Shown here: positions 9,640 to 23,092 of the stretch, one piece after another
Layout: every line of letters begins with the position of its first letter
Numbering within the stretch: position 1 is the first letter of the stretch
Assembly (NCBI GenBank): GCA_017499595.2
Contig: CM039004.1
Location: forward strand, 62,001 to 126,000
DNA length: 64,000 nt
Source of the DNA: Psilocybe cubensis
Lineage: Eukaryota
Direction of reading: 5' to 3'
The notes under the pieces: model-generated
The model's input: only the letters and a program-made list of their open reading frames with translations
Database searches by the model: none
Told to the model about the DNA's origin: nothing
Made by a program: the position numbers and the translations under genes

Positions 9640-11149
9640 AGGCTGGTCAACTTGCTGACTGTGAGGTGTCTTCAGAATGAACACGCTGCCCTCATACCTC
9701 GCATCCTCGAGCTCTCTATCGCATTGCCGTCACTGGGGAGTCCGTCTGGCGGCGAGTCGCATGGGCATGCTCCGTGCAGTCCCTCCTACTACGTGTTGTA
9801 CGGGCCGTCGTTGTCGGGCTGTTCAACGTTCAGACTGTAGGGTGAGTTCATACCGTCTCTTCACTGTCCACTGTTATCACTCTCGCCACTGTATATCCTG
9901 CAGCTCTTCCCTCACTCCCAACCTTCCCGTGTTGTGTGCGAGGTTGTCGTCGTCTGGTGAGCTTCCCAACGTTGAGACTGCGAGGTGCATTCATAATGAC
10001 TCTTTACTCACCACTGTCGTCCTACTCACCACTTTGTTCCTCCATCTATTCCTAGCAGAGTCATCCTGAGCGGCCAGCGACGTAGTCACTGATGTCAGGG
10101 TGGTTACTTTCACGGTCAGTCAGGCCATACAGCACGCTAAACGGGTTATACTCACCATGGTCGTCACCGCCATGTCAGTTGATGTGCGTATACACGGCAG
10201 GAGCGAGTGATACTTACCGCCTGTCTATCCAGGTGGTGATGAAACGAATTCACAGTCATGGAATGCGCATGGGGTGGCTTCTTTCAAGGTCAGTCAGTAT
10301 TACGAGCACGTTAAACAGGTTATGCTCACCATAGTCACCCGCAGGCATCTCGCCCTTCTGCATTCCTCCCACGTACGCGGTCACAGCGGCAGCAGGTTAG
10401 ACATAGACAGTGACATGGGCGTGGTTCCTTCCAAGGTCGGTCAGAATTATGAAGCGCGTCATCGTCACCCGCACCATCGGGCTTCTGTGTCAATGCCGTG
10501 TCAATTGAGCGCGCATACACGGCGGGAGCGAGCGGTACGTACCGGAGATTGAGACAGGTGGGAATGGACAGTCAGCAAGAAAGCTGCTCATACCCGTCAG
10601 CGCGGTTCTCGATGACGTGCACAATACTCACCAGGTGCTGCCTACCTTTGATTGAGCGCTTGCTCACTGTCCTGATGGCGCGCTGTCGATGGCGCGCTGT
10701 CAGACAGTCGATACATTGCCTCTGAGCATTCTGGGCTGAAAAAAAGGTAGAACAACTCCCTAACCCTGCAAAGTGATGTGCTTACCAACAAGTCACCCTC
10801 AATACGACACCAGCTGTCCATACAAATGCAAAAGTCAGTACAGTGATCAACACCAGATGTAAACTACATACCTTTCAGTCACCAAGCCTGTTTGCTCAAT
10901 GTTCACCGGCTGTCCAAATCTCAAATCGAACCCTGCAACGCATGGTCAGTACCGTGGAACTCTGATGACGGCTGAAAAACTTACCCATGGTGGTGGTTCA
11001 AAGTCAAAGTATGATGCGACGGCAGTGTCCATGTTTGGCATGGCCAAACAACGGATAGCGGTGGTGGAACATCCCCCCAGCATCAGGGCATAATGCACGG
11101 CTGGAATTCAGCAAATGTACTCCCTCTTTATACTTTTTTTTTGCCAAGG
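9640..11149. repeat. Segmental duplication, copy 1 (9640-9948 matches 23093-23400; 10708-11149 matches 24323-24770)
   Basis: Direct sequence identity, e.g. AGGCTGGTCAACTTGCTGACTGTGAGG and CTTACCAACAAGTCACCCTCAATACGACACC. The middle portions differ. Confidence 0.9.
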
Positions 11150-11339
11150 GTCGAGCCTCATACCATTTTCTCTAACTTCATCAATCGGACTAGTCTGCAC
11201 TTCGTTTCCTATGCTTACGAGGTCAGTAAATTTTTGTATTACAATGCCATAATTCGGGATCCTCACTGTTTGTTATTCTGCTTCTCATTTGCACCCTTTT
11301 CCAACCAATTCTATGCAACATACACAGTGTATACCTTTA

Positions 11340-12620
11340 ACTTGGTGGATGACCCAGGCTGACAGAGAGATTGAGGTGCGAGGGATTGGTGTTGATATGC
11401 CTTGACTGCGGCCTCGTACCATGGGGGTTGGTAAGGTTCTTGCCGGGTTCGTGTTGTTGAGGTTGAGATGATAATGAGAGTGGAAAGATGGGATGCCCGG
11501 ATGTTGTGGGGTGTTGTGGCTGTCTGTGTGAGTGTTCATTGTGGATATCGAGTGCTGGCTAACTGTGCAGTTGAAAGATTGATGACGGCAGACCTTTACC
11601 CCCTAATACCACGACGGCGCACTGAACGCTGCCCGTCAAATTTATGCTGACGTCGTCACTGGGTGGTATGTCAGCCTGCTGAATGTGCGTTTTAAAACAC
11701 AACGATGGGTCGCGGTGCTGAAGGGCATGTAGGTGCTATGGGTATCGTATGGGCAGTGTCTGCTGACAAGAGATGAAATGCAGGTCTGGGAAGCTTTGAA
11801 AACGATGTGACGTACATTTAACGCAGTCAATGTTGAGCAGTACGAGGCTGACAGAAGAATTGAGGTGCGAGGCGTTACAATAGTCAACAGTTGACGACTG
11901 GCGGTGTTTGTACCAAGAGGACGGGTGAGTTCCTTGTTGGGCACGATGTGACAGTTGGTAAACACGATGGCTAGTAAGCAATGTGCAACAATGGACCCAG
12001 TATGTGTTCGGAACAGGTCGAGTGAGAGCAAGTGTTGTGGGTATCGTATGAGAAGTGTCTCCAGCCGGGGGATGAGTTGGGCATCTAGAAATCCTTGAAT
12101 GACAACGGTACGTACCTTTTTCGCAGTCGATGTCGAGTACCAGGCTGAAAGCAAGGTTGAGGCGCAATGACTCGCTCTTGATCAGGCATTGTCCATCGGC
12201 GAGGTTGTACAACAAGGATCTCTGTTGTGGGCGGAGAGCTTGAGCCTGTACATAATGAATGGCGCTTGCGTTGGTGAGTTTTATACTTTTGTATGCCGAC
12301 AACGATGTTGAAACCGATGGGCAGCACGATGAGCAAGGTTGAGGTGCGAGGAAGATTGGTGGAATTGAGGTGGAGGCATGTTGTGGGGTAGCAGGTGGAG
12401 TGTCTGTTGACAGGGAATGAATTGGACACCTGGAAACCTTTGAATGACAGTACGTACCTTTATCACAATGGATGTTGAATACCAGGCTGACAGAAATAAA
12501 AAGGGTTGCTCATCATTGACCAGCGACCACAAAGACGGCTGTCGGTGGTGTCGAGGGTTGATGAGAGAGGGAGGGAAGTGTGCAATATGAGTTTTAGGTG
12601 AGTTTTCACGGTTGTACATG
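11340..12620. repeat. Degenerate dispersed/tandem repeats
   Basis: GGCTGA(C)AG...TTGAGGTGCGA motifs recur at ~11357, ~11846, ~12143, ~12335 and ~12485. CGTACCTTT recurs at ~12111 and ~12454. Confidence 0.5.
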
Positions 12621-13743
12621 GAAGGCCACATAGCGATGCACTAAAGTAACAAGGAGTGTAAGATGCAGATGGAGGGTATGGGTGACGAGTCACCTGTCTC
12701 AACGGGTGACGATGGAGAGGCGGTGGAGGGTGACCGGTGAAGAGCCAAGTGGGATAGACAATGACCATTGTATACAGTAAAATGATAAGGAATAATAGGA
12801 GAGTGGATAGAGATGATTCAAGCACAGCTATTCAATGAATGGGAATAGCAAGCGCTTCTTTCACGCACCTGTGCGCCCATCAAAAACACATTTCTTTCAT
12901 CCCGTCATCAAACTCTCCCTCACCCTGAGCTCACTGGCGCCGACTCACATTCTGGATCCCCACAGGACCATGCACCAGCGCACGCAAAAGTCTCGTTCCA
13001 GTCTGAGCAGCATGGAGCGCTTGTCCTGGGCCTTGTTTTCGACAGCGTGCCTCGAGGAGTGGGGATCAGGACAGACGTGTATGTGATTCTGATAGAGGTG
13101 TACCAGGTGATAGACTACGGACGACATATTCTCAGAGAGGCCTCAGCAATCGGATGAGGGTTGGTGGTTGTAGTGAGGGCTTGGAGATTGGTATAGAGAG
13201 ATAGAGGGTAAGACAATATTTACTCACTCATATCCATACACGCACACACTCGCCTTCTACAAAAAGCCCTCTTCATACCCCACACCTGCGCACGGGTGCA
13301 CGCACTAGGGGACCACTGCTCAATGGGCCCCGCCACACGCTGCGTCTACATGCCACTCGTCGTCGAATCCGTACTCGTCAATATCATGGCCGATGTGTTC
13401 ACGCGCATACAGTCCATCAGCATCAAGTTCAGGGAGCCTTGCAGGGGGCTCAAGCGGGAGCTCGGTTGGCAAGTGTGAATATTTCAATGAGCATCGACAA
13501 CCACATCGTGGCGGAGCGCGGAAGCTCCTCTCCTCTCCACAGTGAGTCCAATGGCCTTGTTTCCCTATCGAGCTCGCTGCTGGAATTGTCTTGAAAACAG
13601 GTGAGCTCGAGCTGTTGAATAGCGCGCAGTCACTTCCCACGTCGTTCTCAGCCACCCGACATGCTTCAAAGGTGAGTCGACACGCCCAGCGACCTCACCC
13701 TATCGTTGTAAACAACCCGCTACAGGTACAGACACAAACGTAA

Positions 13744-13896
13744 CCAACCCTAACCGGACTAATCTGTGCTTTTGTGGTATATCGAGTCCCAACCAACCCT
13801 AATGCTAAACCCTAAACCATCCTAATCTGTATTTTTGTGGTCACCACCAACCCTAAACTATAAACCCTAACCAATGCTAATATGTGCTTTGTGGTG
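13744..13896 (+). repeat. Telomere-like subtelomeric module, copy 1
   Basis: Three units of CCAACCCTAA...CTAAT(C/A)TGT...TTTGTGGT with embedded AAACCCTAAA. Second copy at ~33740-33926. Confidence 0.8.
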
Positions 13897-16800
13897 TAGG
13901 TGTTACAATTGTTGTCAGGTATGTTCACCTTGCATCCATCCACACGGATTACTTGCTTGATTCGCATAGCACCATCTCATATCTAGTGCAAATACCCTGT
14001 TAGACTAGCCTAGTGACATTTGAAACACACCTGCGAGTAATTCAATGCCCCATTTTCTCTGTGAGGCGAATGCAAAGTGGCACCACATACATCTCCTCCT
14101 GTCCCAAATCACAAAATACAATGATTCTGAACATTCTCTGCATCTACCTAGCATTCAAGCGTTACATAATGACACCGGGAGCCTCCGTCGTTAATATGTA
14201 AAGAAGCTGGATGTACTTGAATCAAAGTTGAACATGGATCAAAGCCACACACTCGGTTTCAACGTACCTGGGCAGTAAACGAAGGAATACAGTTGTTCCA
14301 TGAATATTCTGTGTATTAGCATACTATGGGCCGATGTGGAATATGTAATATAGAGAGAATCAAACACTCAGACGACATTTGGGTGAGAAATGAGAATGGC
14401 ATTTGTTAAGCGCCCAAACCAACAACCTTGTATATTTCAAACACAAAGAAGATATTTCTCGCACAATCGATTATCAAACGGTAATACAGAGTAAGGGACT
14501 ACATTACCAACATGATATGTCGAGACAGAACTGACTTGAATGAGATTTGCAAACAGGATGACGAGAACCAGTCGATGGATCTCATCCGGCCTCGTCCTCC
14601 AGCTCCAATTCCGCGTTTCTAGCGTGAAGGACGCCATTTCCTCGCATCTCATGCTGTCATTAATAAAAATACGCCGTGAGTACTAATGCGACATTAGCGG
14701 CGACATTTGGAAAGCGAGAATGCATTGAATGGACGGTACGGGAATCATATACCTCGTATTTCCCGTCCGTACTTTGCACGTATGGGGAGTAATGTCTGGA
14801 TTACATGCCTCTGACATATTACAAGTCTATGTCAATTGAGAATATGAGTATGTTCCATGAAATGAAAGTTCAATGGATACTCGCCATAATCACTCCTCCA
14901 CTCGTCATTTTCTAGATTTGTGTTAATAACACATTCAGGAGAGATAATTAAGAAGCATTTGATACCACTCACACATGGAATAGCAGTCCCATCCTACAAC
15001 CATAGTGGGACTCGAGACAAGAACCCTAAATGCCAAGTCAACTAACCAGCCTTCTCCTCCTGCCCTATTTCGCCGTTTCTCACCTTTTCAAACGCTGTTC
15101 CTTCTTGAACACATATGAGTATCTCTGCATTTCACCATATGTATCCGAGTGACATGAGTTGGGATGCTGTGTAGACGGTCAATTAGTGGACTTGACATTG
15201 AAAGCGAATGAAGGCACACATATGTTATCCTTGTTTTCTGGAACTCCAAGCGTGTTTGCATAATATTTTCTTGTTTGAGTGAGGCTGGGAGAATGTATCG
15301 TATATTGAATGATGTACAATGGCTGATAACGACCTCAGGAATTCTGCGAAAACTAATCGTCGTGATACGCACCTAATATCGGAGATTACATGATTTCCTA
15401 CGTACATACATTCTCGTGCGGCTGCCACGCGCCTTCCAAAATATCTAGGTATTCAATTCAGTGTATTGAGGTCGTATGAGAATGGGATTTCAAGTTGATA
15501 CACAACTCACTGGACTTGGATAACTGAATCTCGATTCCCAACCCTCCTCCATCCCCCATTCACCCTAGCTCTTGTTTGCAAACGATTGCTTCGCTTTCAG
15601 GTGTTTTAGATATTCCCATCGGTCCTAAACATGATTACGACACCTGTCAGTAGAGATGTAACTGAGAACCAAGAAAATTCCAACATAAATTTTTATGAGT
15701 GTGCGGAGAACCTGGACAGCGGTTCTGAATGGAGAACAGTGGTTATGGTTGTAATTGAGGTGTGGTGCGTGTTTGGCAGACTTTGGGGTTACGATCCCTT
15801 TATCCGGGTGGCATTTATGGGGAATCTAGAGCTAAGTGCAGTCGAAATTGAACCGACACCTGTTTGAAGTTGAAGCCCAATGCACAAGTAGGAAACTCCT
15901 AAAATACACGCAATTGACATAATATCCGTGCCAGAAGAACATAGCAGCACCGTCTAACAAGCAATAGTAAGAGTGCTTCGTCACTTGATACCACAAAGGA
16001 AACTCCAAGTCGTCAAGATACAAATGTGGAGAATGACATGCCAGTGCTCTTCCACCCCCAACTCGTCCATTTTCCGCGTTCCAAACGCTCGTTTCTCGCG
16101 CGGACCTGAGTTTCTTAAATGTGCGTGTCACATTTAGTGTGTTTTTTTGTCAACATAGACACAAATGCAGATATTAGGATATGCCAGCGCAGGTATGTAT
16201 GGAATTGTATAAAAGGAGGGTGGGGAGCTGACCGGGTTTCCCCATCCCCCGCTCCCATTCGCCCTCTACCTCTCCAGCTCCCTCATCCGCTATCTACCCG
16301 GAGACCTCGTGAGTTTGTACACCATTGGCCGCTGTATATGGACTAAGAAGATGTCGAGAGCAGGCTACGAGGCAGCGAGGTAAGCATCTTGTTGCTGTTG
16401 CACACATCACTACTCACCTGTGCTCTATCAGCCTCGACAATGCTCAACGAATCCACACACTGTGTTGCAGGTGCTTTAAAGAGGTCAGTAACGACATTCT
16501 GAAGCCATTTTCATACTCACTCACATTGTGTTCGACGCGCCGCCCCCTTTGGATGATACTTTGCACGGAAGGTCAATATTGTTGAAGGTCCTTGAGAAGG
16601 TTAGCAACCCTGTCAATCTCGTTTTAACACCGTACTCACCGACGTGTCCAGCCTGAATGCCTCATCTCACGTTGAACACGGCCCACCGACGCGTTCTCCA
16701 TCTATCCCAGCTCGCAAATGACCTGTTTCTCGGAGGGTGTCCGCACCACCATCCATCCCCGCACCCCCGCATGTTGTGCCGCCTCGAGAACGACATGTTT

Positions 16801-19639
16801 GGAGAACATGGAAGGTCCTGTCAATGGAACTCATCGTCGATCGTATGGCTATTAAACATTTGCACCCATCGCCGACGCCACTCTCCCTGATGCCTTCGAT
16901 GAGGTTGACAATACATGCGCTGACGATCAGCACAATGGGTTGAGATTGGTTGCTATTCGACTTGCGCATGAGGAGCGAGATGGTAAATTTGTTTTTTAAT
17001 GGCACATACTGCACCAGGTCTGGATGAAAAAAAAAAAATGGTTCAGCGAGAGAACGAGCAAAAAGGATTTGAATAAAAAGAGAAAGAAAACGAACCAGAA
17101 GCTGTTCTCCGTGATTCTCAGATCGGGTTTAAGTTCTATCTAGCGTTAACTTAACCTCCTAACCTGATCCCCTCCAATGTCCGCGCGCTCCCACCCTCCC
17201 TCATTGGTAAGATCCAAGTTCATTGGCGATTCGTTCATCTTGTAATACTGATTTTGTGCCACAGAATGTGATGGTGGGTAATGACCTTGTTGACCAACGC
17301 GCCATGAATCTTCTTGGTGCCCAGCGCGTGGCGCTCGAAGTCGACGACGATGTTACGCCCCTCAGTAAGTGCAATAATGCACACGGACCGCAACGATCCC
17401 ATCTGTTGATGAATTTATTGTTAATGGAGGTCGTGATGAAGGGAAGGAAATGGATGCGTTCATACTCGCCTGGGAGCGCGCATTCGAGTGGGGGTGATGT
17501 GCCAGTCAAGATGACGAACGGGTCTAGCTAACCCCAATAACAGTATGCAAGCTTGTCGCACTGCCCTTCTGTTAATCCTCAACCACTGTCGGCTGCATAT
17601 ACCCGTGCTTCGAGTCGTTGTCGTCGTTGTAGGATGGTGGTAGAAGAGAGAAATGAAAAAGTACCGTGGGCGTGTTTGTCCGTGTTGTGGACACGGCGGA
17701 AGCAAAACGCACTGGCAACTGGATGGATGGACGGATGGGCCGCGAAACCGAGAAAAGAACACAAAAAAAAAAAACACACACACAGTGAAACATAACATTA
17801 TACATTTCGTATGGATGTGGACGTACAGGGGTGGCTGAAGTATAAAAAGGACACCAACTATGAGGTTTTTTTCTTCATCCCCTCTCCTCTCCTCTCTTCT
17901 CATGTTCTCTCCTCTGCTCGCATCCTCTTTCTCTTCCCTCCGCTCAACGCCCTTCAGCACGCCCCTTTCAGCTATCCTACACACGCACCGACACAGCCGA
18001 TGGATGGAAGCGCACCGCGACGTGTCAACAAATGCACAGGAATACAATGCCGTGAATGTTACTTATCCCTCTTCCACTGCCCTCTGCTCAACACCCTTGG
18101 CAGCACGCCCCCTGGTCCGTCCTATGCTTTGCACCAACACCGCATATGGATGCAGAAGCGCCGCGCCGCAATATGGCCCACATCACCGTGAGTATCGTCC
18201 GCCCCCTCGCATTCTGAGCCGCTGCTAACCATCACCCTCGCAGGAACATTATTGCCGACGAGTGAAGGATCTGGGAGGTAGAGGTCGACGACAGACGACC
18301 AAGTGAGTCTACTCTGTCCTCGCATCCCTCTGCAACCTCACAACCATCATCCCATGTTTTGTTTGCCTGGGTCCACTCTTGAAGACCGCCCCATAAAAGT
18401 GTTGAATTGACCTGGAAGGCGACGCCGGCGACGGACAACGATACCTATGTAAGTAATTCAACGTGTGGTTTACTGTGAATCATACTGGACTGACCTTGAC
18501 ACGAGGATTCTCTGCACTAGAATGCAGCACACCCCGTGCCCCGCTCACCTCAACCGCCCCGCAGCAGAGAAGATTTGTAGCCGTTTCCAGCAGCGACTCG
18601 TGCTCAGATTTAACGTGTGGACCACGGATGGTAGGGGAGGGAGGGATGGTGCTGATGCCCTGGATGTGTGAGTACGCCGTGGGAAACAACAGGGCACCAG
18701 CTGGACACGTCGGAGAGAGTACGGGCCAGCGACGGCGTCGTTTCGCGTGATTTTGTAGTCGGGTGGGGGGAATACGGGTCTAGTTGACGGGCTTGAGGAT
18801 GGCGTTGCAGGGCAGGTAAGTTGACCCGTTGTCGACGCGAATCATACTAGACTGACCTGAAATACAGTAGCTGACATCCAACCACGCCCGCCTGTCCATC
18901 TTCTCTAGTGACATACACCCTGTCGGCACCTTGCAAGTCTACAGGCGCTCCCGCGCCAGCCCATATCGTATGACAAGGTGGTTTCGCATGGCTTTGGATG
19001 CGGTCATTTTCGAGTTGGATGAGTGAAGGCAAAGGGCTGGTGGTTGCGAGGTGAGATGCACTCGTCACAGCGGACTCACTAAATGTGTGTGCTCTTGGTC
19101 AACGTCGATGCAGAGCGGGAGGCAATAATTGTGAGAGGTTTGGGCGCTGAAATTGATGGTTTACATTGCAGGGATTGTTAATGCTCATTTAATAGTACGA
19201 CCGCGAGTGTGAATGTGAGTGTGAGAGTGTGTGTCGTGTGGTACGAAGACGGGATGGGACGGGACAGGTGGAGATGGGTGGGAGATAAATGCTGCCAAAA
19301 CTGAAGAAAACACACCTTAATGCATATAATATATGTGTGACAACAACCTCTGCTCATCGCCCCAATTCAGCCCTCATCCAATCGTAGTATAGTAATGACC
19401 GTCAGCGGAGCTTCGAAGATGGATGGAGGTGTTAACCAATGAAGAGGAGCCATGGAGGACAGCAGCAGGGTGAGGGGTAGAGCTGGATGCAACAATGATA
19501 CGAAGTGCATAATATGGTAACACGTCGCTGCAGTGCGCGTAAGGGTAAAAGGCGGAGTTTGAATGCAATGACAACAGCATGGACAAACAACTCGCCGTAC
19601 GTTGCCGTTGGGAAGGCGGCGCGGCGGCAGAGAGAGGCT

Positions 19640-20242
19640 GCAAATGGAGGCGGAGGCGGCAGCAACAGGCGGCGAGTGGAGGCGGTGGCAGCAGTAGCGG
19701 CCCGGGGGTGGCGGTGCAACGACACGCAGCAGAGTGCGTGTCGTGGTGGTTGGCGAGTGGACGCGACGGCGGGACGACAGCCGGCGAGGGGAGGCGGCAG
19801 CAGCAGCAGCAGCCCGGAGGTGGCAGTGCAAAGACATGCAGCGGCGAGCGCGAGTGTCGGGACAGCAAGCGCGAGTGTTGGGACAGCAAGCGCAGGCATT
19901 GGGACAGCGAGCGCAGGCGTCGGGGGCGGTGAGACAGGCGGGAGGCCGGCCTCCAGTGCCTGTCAAAAATTATTTTTAGACAGAGGCCGGCCTCCAGTGC
20001 CTGTCAAAAGTTATTTTTAGACGGAGGCCGGCCTCCAGTGGCCTCCATCAATTTGGAGGCCGGCCTCCATAAATTACACATTTAATTACGTAGCACCTCC
20101 GTATGTACAAAATAAAATATTTTGAAAGTGTATTTGGGGGTTTTTGGGGTCCAGGAATCCGAATCTGGCATCAGATTTCAGGAATTCTGAACAGGAGGCC
20201 CAATGCAACGAAGGCCCCCCCTTCGGGGGGGAATAAGCCTAG
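19640..20242 (+). mobile_element. Element X terminal block, copy X1 (left boundary approximate)
   Basis: GC-rich repeats, four GAGGCCGGCCTCC palindromes, AT-rich segment, CCCCCCC-TTC-GGGGGGG hairpin and AATAAGCCTAG end, shared with 23094, 40375 and 56417. Confidence 0.8.
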
Positions 20243-21519
20243 GAACCAGGCCCATCTGTTGAGGATGAAAATGCGGATGTTGAGATGACCACGGACGCGC
20301 CTGCCACGGATGTTGTGCAACCCCTGCCCATTACACCCGACAACGATATGGTCAGATGCCTGCGCCAATCCTATGGATACCTCCCTGGCACAACGACGAC
20401 AGCCTGCGCCGCGTCAGACTGGGATGAACTTGTCGAAACCTTTGGGTTTACAGAGTTACTTACCCCAGAAGTTGCCCTGGACGCTCGACAACATATCCAC
20501 ATGTTTTACATGGCTTCCATCGAGCCTGCGAGCACAGAAATGCCCGCCGCCCTCTCTGACCTCAATACGCACAGCCTGACATCCCTGTCTCGTCTGCTGG
20601 ACCTGTCGCAAATACACCGCCCTCACCAGAATCTTTTTGTTTTTTCAGAACCTCGTTCAGAGGAACACGAGTGGATGTTGGGTGTCGAAACGGCGGAGAT
20701 CGCCCTCTACGTGTGTCGGCTCAGGTTAGAGCACTCCTGGGCTCGCATCGACTCCCTCACAAAAATGCTGCTGGAGAGAGGTGTGCCCTGTCGCACTCTC
20801 ATGGGCATTGAAATGTCGGGTCGCTGCTCCACTGTCCAGGAGCCATACACCCCTCGATCTGTCCGCCCGTCAGCGTACAAATTTGGCGTTGATGACTTCG
20901 AAGCATACCGATTGCAATGCGAGAACATCATCAAACACCAACAACACGGTCGGGCTGCCTTGCTGAGGGGTGGATTGGTGGGTAGGATAGCCAGTGAGTT
21001 TCTGAGCGTCGACGATGGGCTGGCTGGCCCCTCTAAGGAAATCATTCAGAACCGGCAGGGGTTCATCGTGCCAGCTGGCGACACGACTTGGTGTTATTGC
21101 GACGACCAGCTCACGGAGAACGAGCTGTCCATTATATGCGGCACCTACACGCTGTACACAGGTATGTTTTCCTTGTTTATTCTCAATTTTATGCACTAAC
21201 AACATTTTTCTCAGCTACTAAAGGTCAAATAACTGTAAAATCGTGGTTCCCTCCCCCGAACCTGTGGCAGGTGCCCCCCAGCATGAACGGATCACAATGG
21301 GTGGAATGGACGCCTGCCAACGAGGCATGGTACCGTGAACGCGTAGAAGACATCCGCACTCGGCAGGCCCAGCCATTAACAAGAGTGCAATGGAAATCAA
21401 TATTGCGCGGCACTCCTCCCAGTAGGAAGCTTCTGGCGGCAGCGTCTCAACGAGCTCAGGCCTTTGTCAACGGGCACGTACCGGTGGTGCCAACTTATCG
21501 TGTTCGCCCAGGCCTGTAG
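20243..21519 (+). pseudogene. 5'-truncated copy of the X-associated hypothetical gene (intron 21162-21214)
   Basis: Protein nearly identical to the C-terminal part of 51740-55020; lacks the 5' ~2 kb. Confidence 0.85.
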
Positions 21520-21759
21520 TTACATTGTCAATGTAAGTGTTTTTTCATTTAAGAATAGCCCATTCTAACAAAAATATGTAGATATATGCGTGTTTTTTTG
21601 TTCAAAATGTCATATAAATTTATTTTTTGGTGTCTACACAAGAGAGCTCGCGTGAGATATATACAAGTTGATATCAGGGTAAGATGACTAGTTATAAAAA
21701 ATCTAACAAAATTACAGTACAGCAAGGCCGAGGTGTATCAAAGACAAAACAGCGAAATG

Positions 21760-22830
21760 GCAGCGACAGGAGGCGAGTAGAGGCAGCGCGGCGGCAGCGA
21801 CAGGCGGCGACGGCGGGACAACAGGCGGCGACGGCGGAATGACAGGCGGGGAGGGGAGGCGGCAGTGGCAGCGGCGGCCCGGTGTGGCGGCGCAACAACA
21901 CGCAGCAGAGTGCGTGTCGTGGTGGGCGGCGAGTGGACGCGACGGCGGGACGACGCGCGGTGACGTTGTGACGACAGGCGGCGACGGCGGGACGACAGGC
22001 GGCGACGGCGGGACGACAGGCGTTGACAGCGGAATGACAGGCGGCGAGGCAGGCGGCAGCGGCAGCGGCGGTCCGGTGTGACGGCGCAACAACATGCAGC
22101 AGAGTGCGTGTTGTGGTGGGCGGCGACTAGACGCGACGGCGGGACGACGCGCGGTGACGTCGTGACAACAGGCGGCGACGACGGGATGACACGCGGTGAC
22201 GGCTGAACGACAGACGGCGACGGCGGGACGACACGCGCTGACGGCGGAATGACAGGCGGCGAGGGAAGGCGGCAGTGGCAGCGGCGGTCCGGTGTGACGG
22301 CGCAACAACACGCAGCAGAGTGCGTGTTGTGGTGGGCGGCGAGTGGACGCGAAGGCGGGACGACAGGCGGCGACGGCGGGACGACACGCGCTGACGGCGG
22401 AATGACAGGCGGCGAGGGAAGGCGGCAGCGGCATGACAGGGGACGAGGAGAGGCGGCAGCAGCAGCAGCGGCACGGGTGTGGCGGCGCAACAACACGCAG
22501 CAGAGTGCGTGTTGTGGTGGGCGGCGACTAGACGCGACGGCGGGATGACGCGCGGTGACGTCGTGACGACAGGCGGCGACGGCGGGATGACACGCGGTGA
22601 CGGCTGAACGACAGGCGTCGAGTGGAGGTGGCGGCAGCAGCAGCGGCCCGGAGGTGGCAGCGCAACAACATGCAGCGGCAAGCGCAGGCGTCGGGCAGAC
22701 GGCGAGCGCAAGCGTTGGGACGGCGAGCGCTGGCGTTGGGACGGCGAGCGCAAGCTTTGGGACGGCGAGCGCTGGCGTTGGGACGGCGAGCGCAAGCTTT
22801 GGGACGGCGAGCGCTGGCATCGGGAGACAG
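21760..22830. repeat. GC-rich, strand-skewed degenerate tandem repeats of element X
   Basis: Recurring CGCAACAACACGCAGCAGAGTGCGTG units, GACAGGCGGCGACGGCGG subrepeats and 21-nt GGGACGGCGAGCGC units. Homologous to 55240-56110. Confidence 0.85.
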
Positions 22831-23092
22831 GCGGGAGGCCGGCCTCCAGTGCCTGTCAAAAGTTATTTTTAGACGGAGGCCGGCCTCCAGTGGCCTCCAT
22901 CAATTTGGAGGCCGGCCTCCATAAATTACACATTTAATTACGTAGCACCTCCGTATGTACAAAATAAAATATTTTGAAAGTGTATTTGGGGGTTTTTGGG
23001 GTCCAGGAATCCGAATCTGGCATCAGATTTCAGGAATTCTGAACAGGAGGCCCAATGCAACGAAGGCCCCCCCTTTGGGGGGGAATAAGCCT

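Noticed and set aside
12800-19080. Possible genes in the X1 cargo
   Set aside because: Exon-like patches and splice signals exist, but I could not recognise a family or build a consistent model.
21692-22924. Many overlapping ORFs in GC-rich repeats (also 19367-20020, 39487-40218, 55103-56195)
   Set aside because: Stop-poor, low-complexity repeats are open in several frames on both strands, and frames are not conserved between copies.
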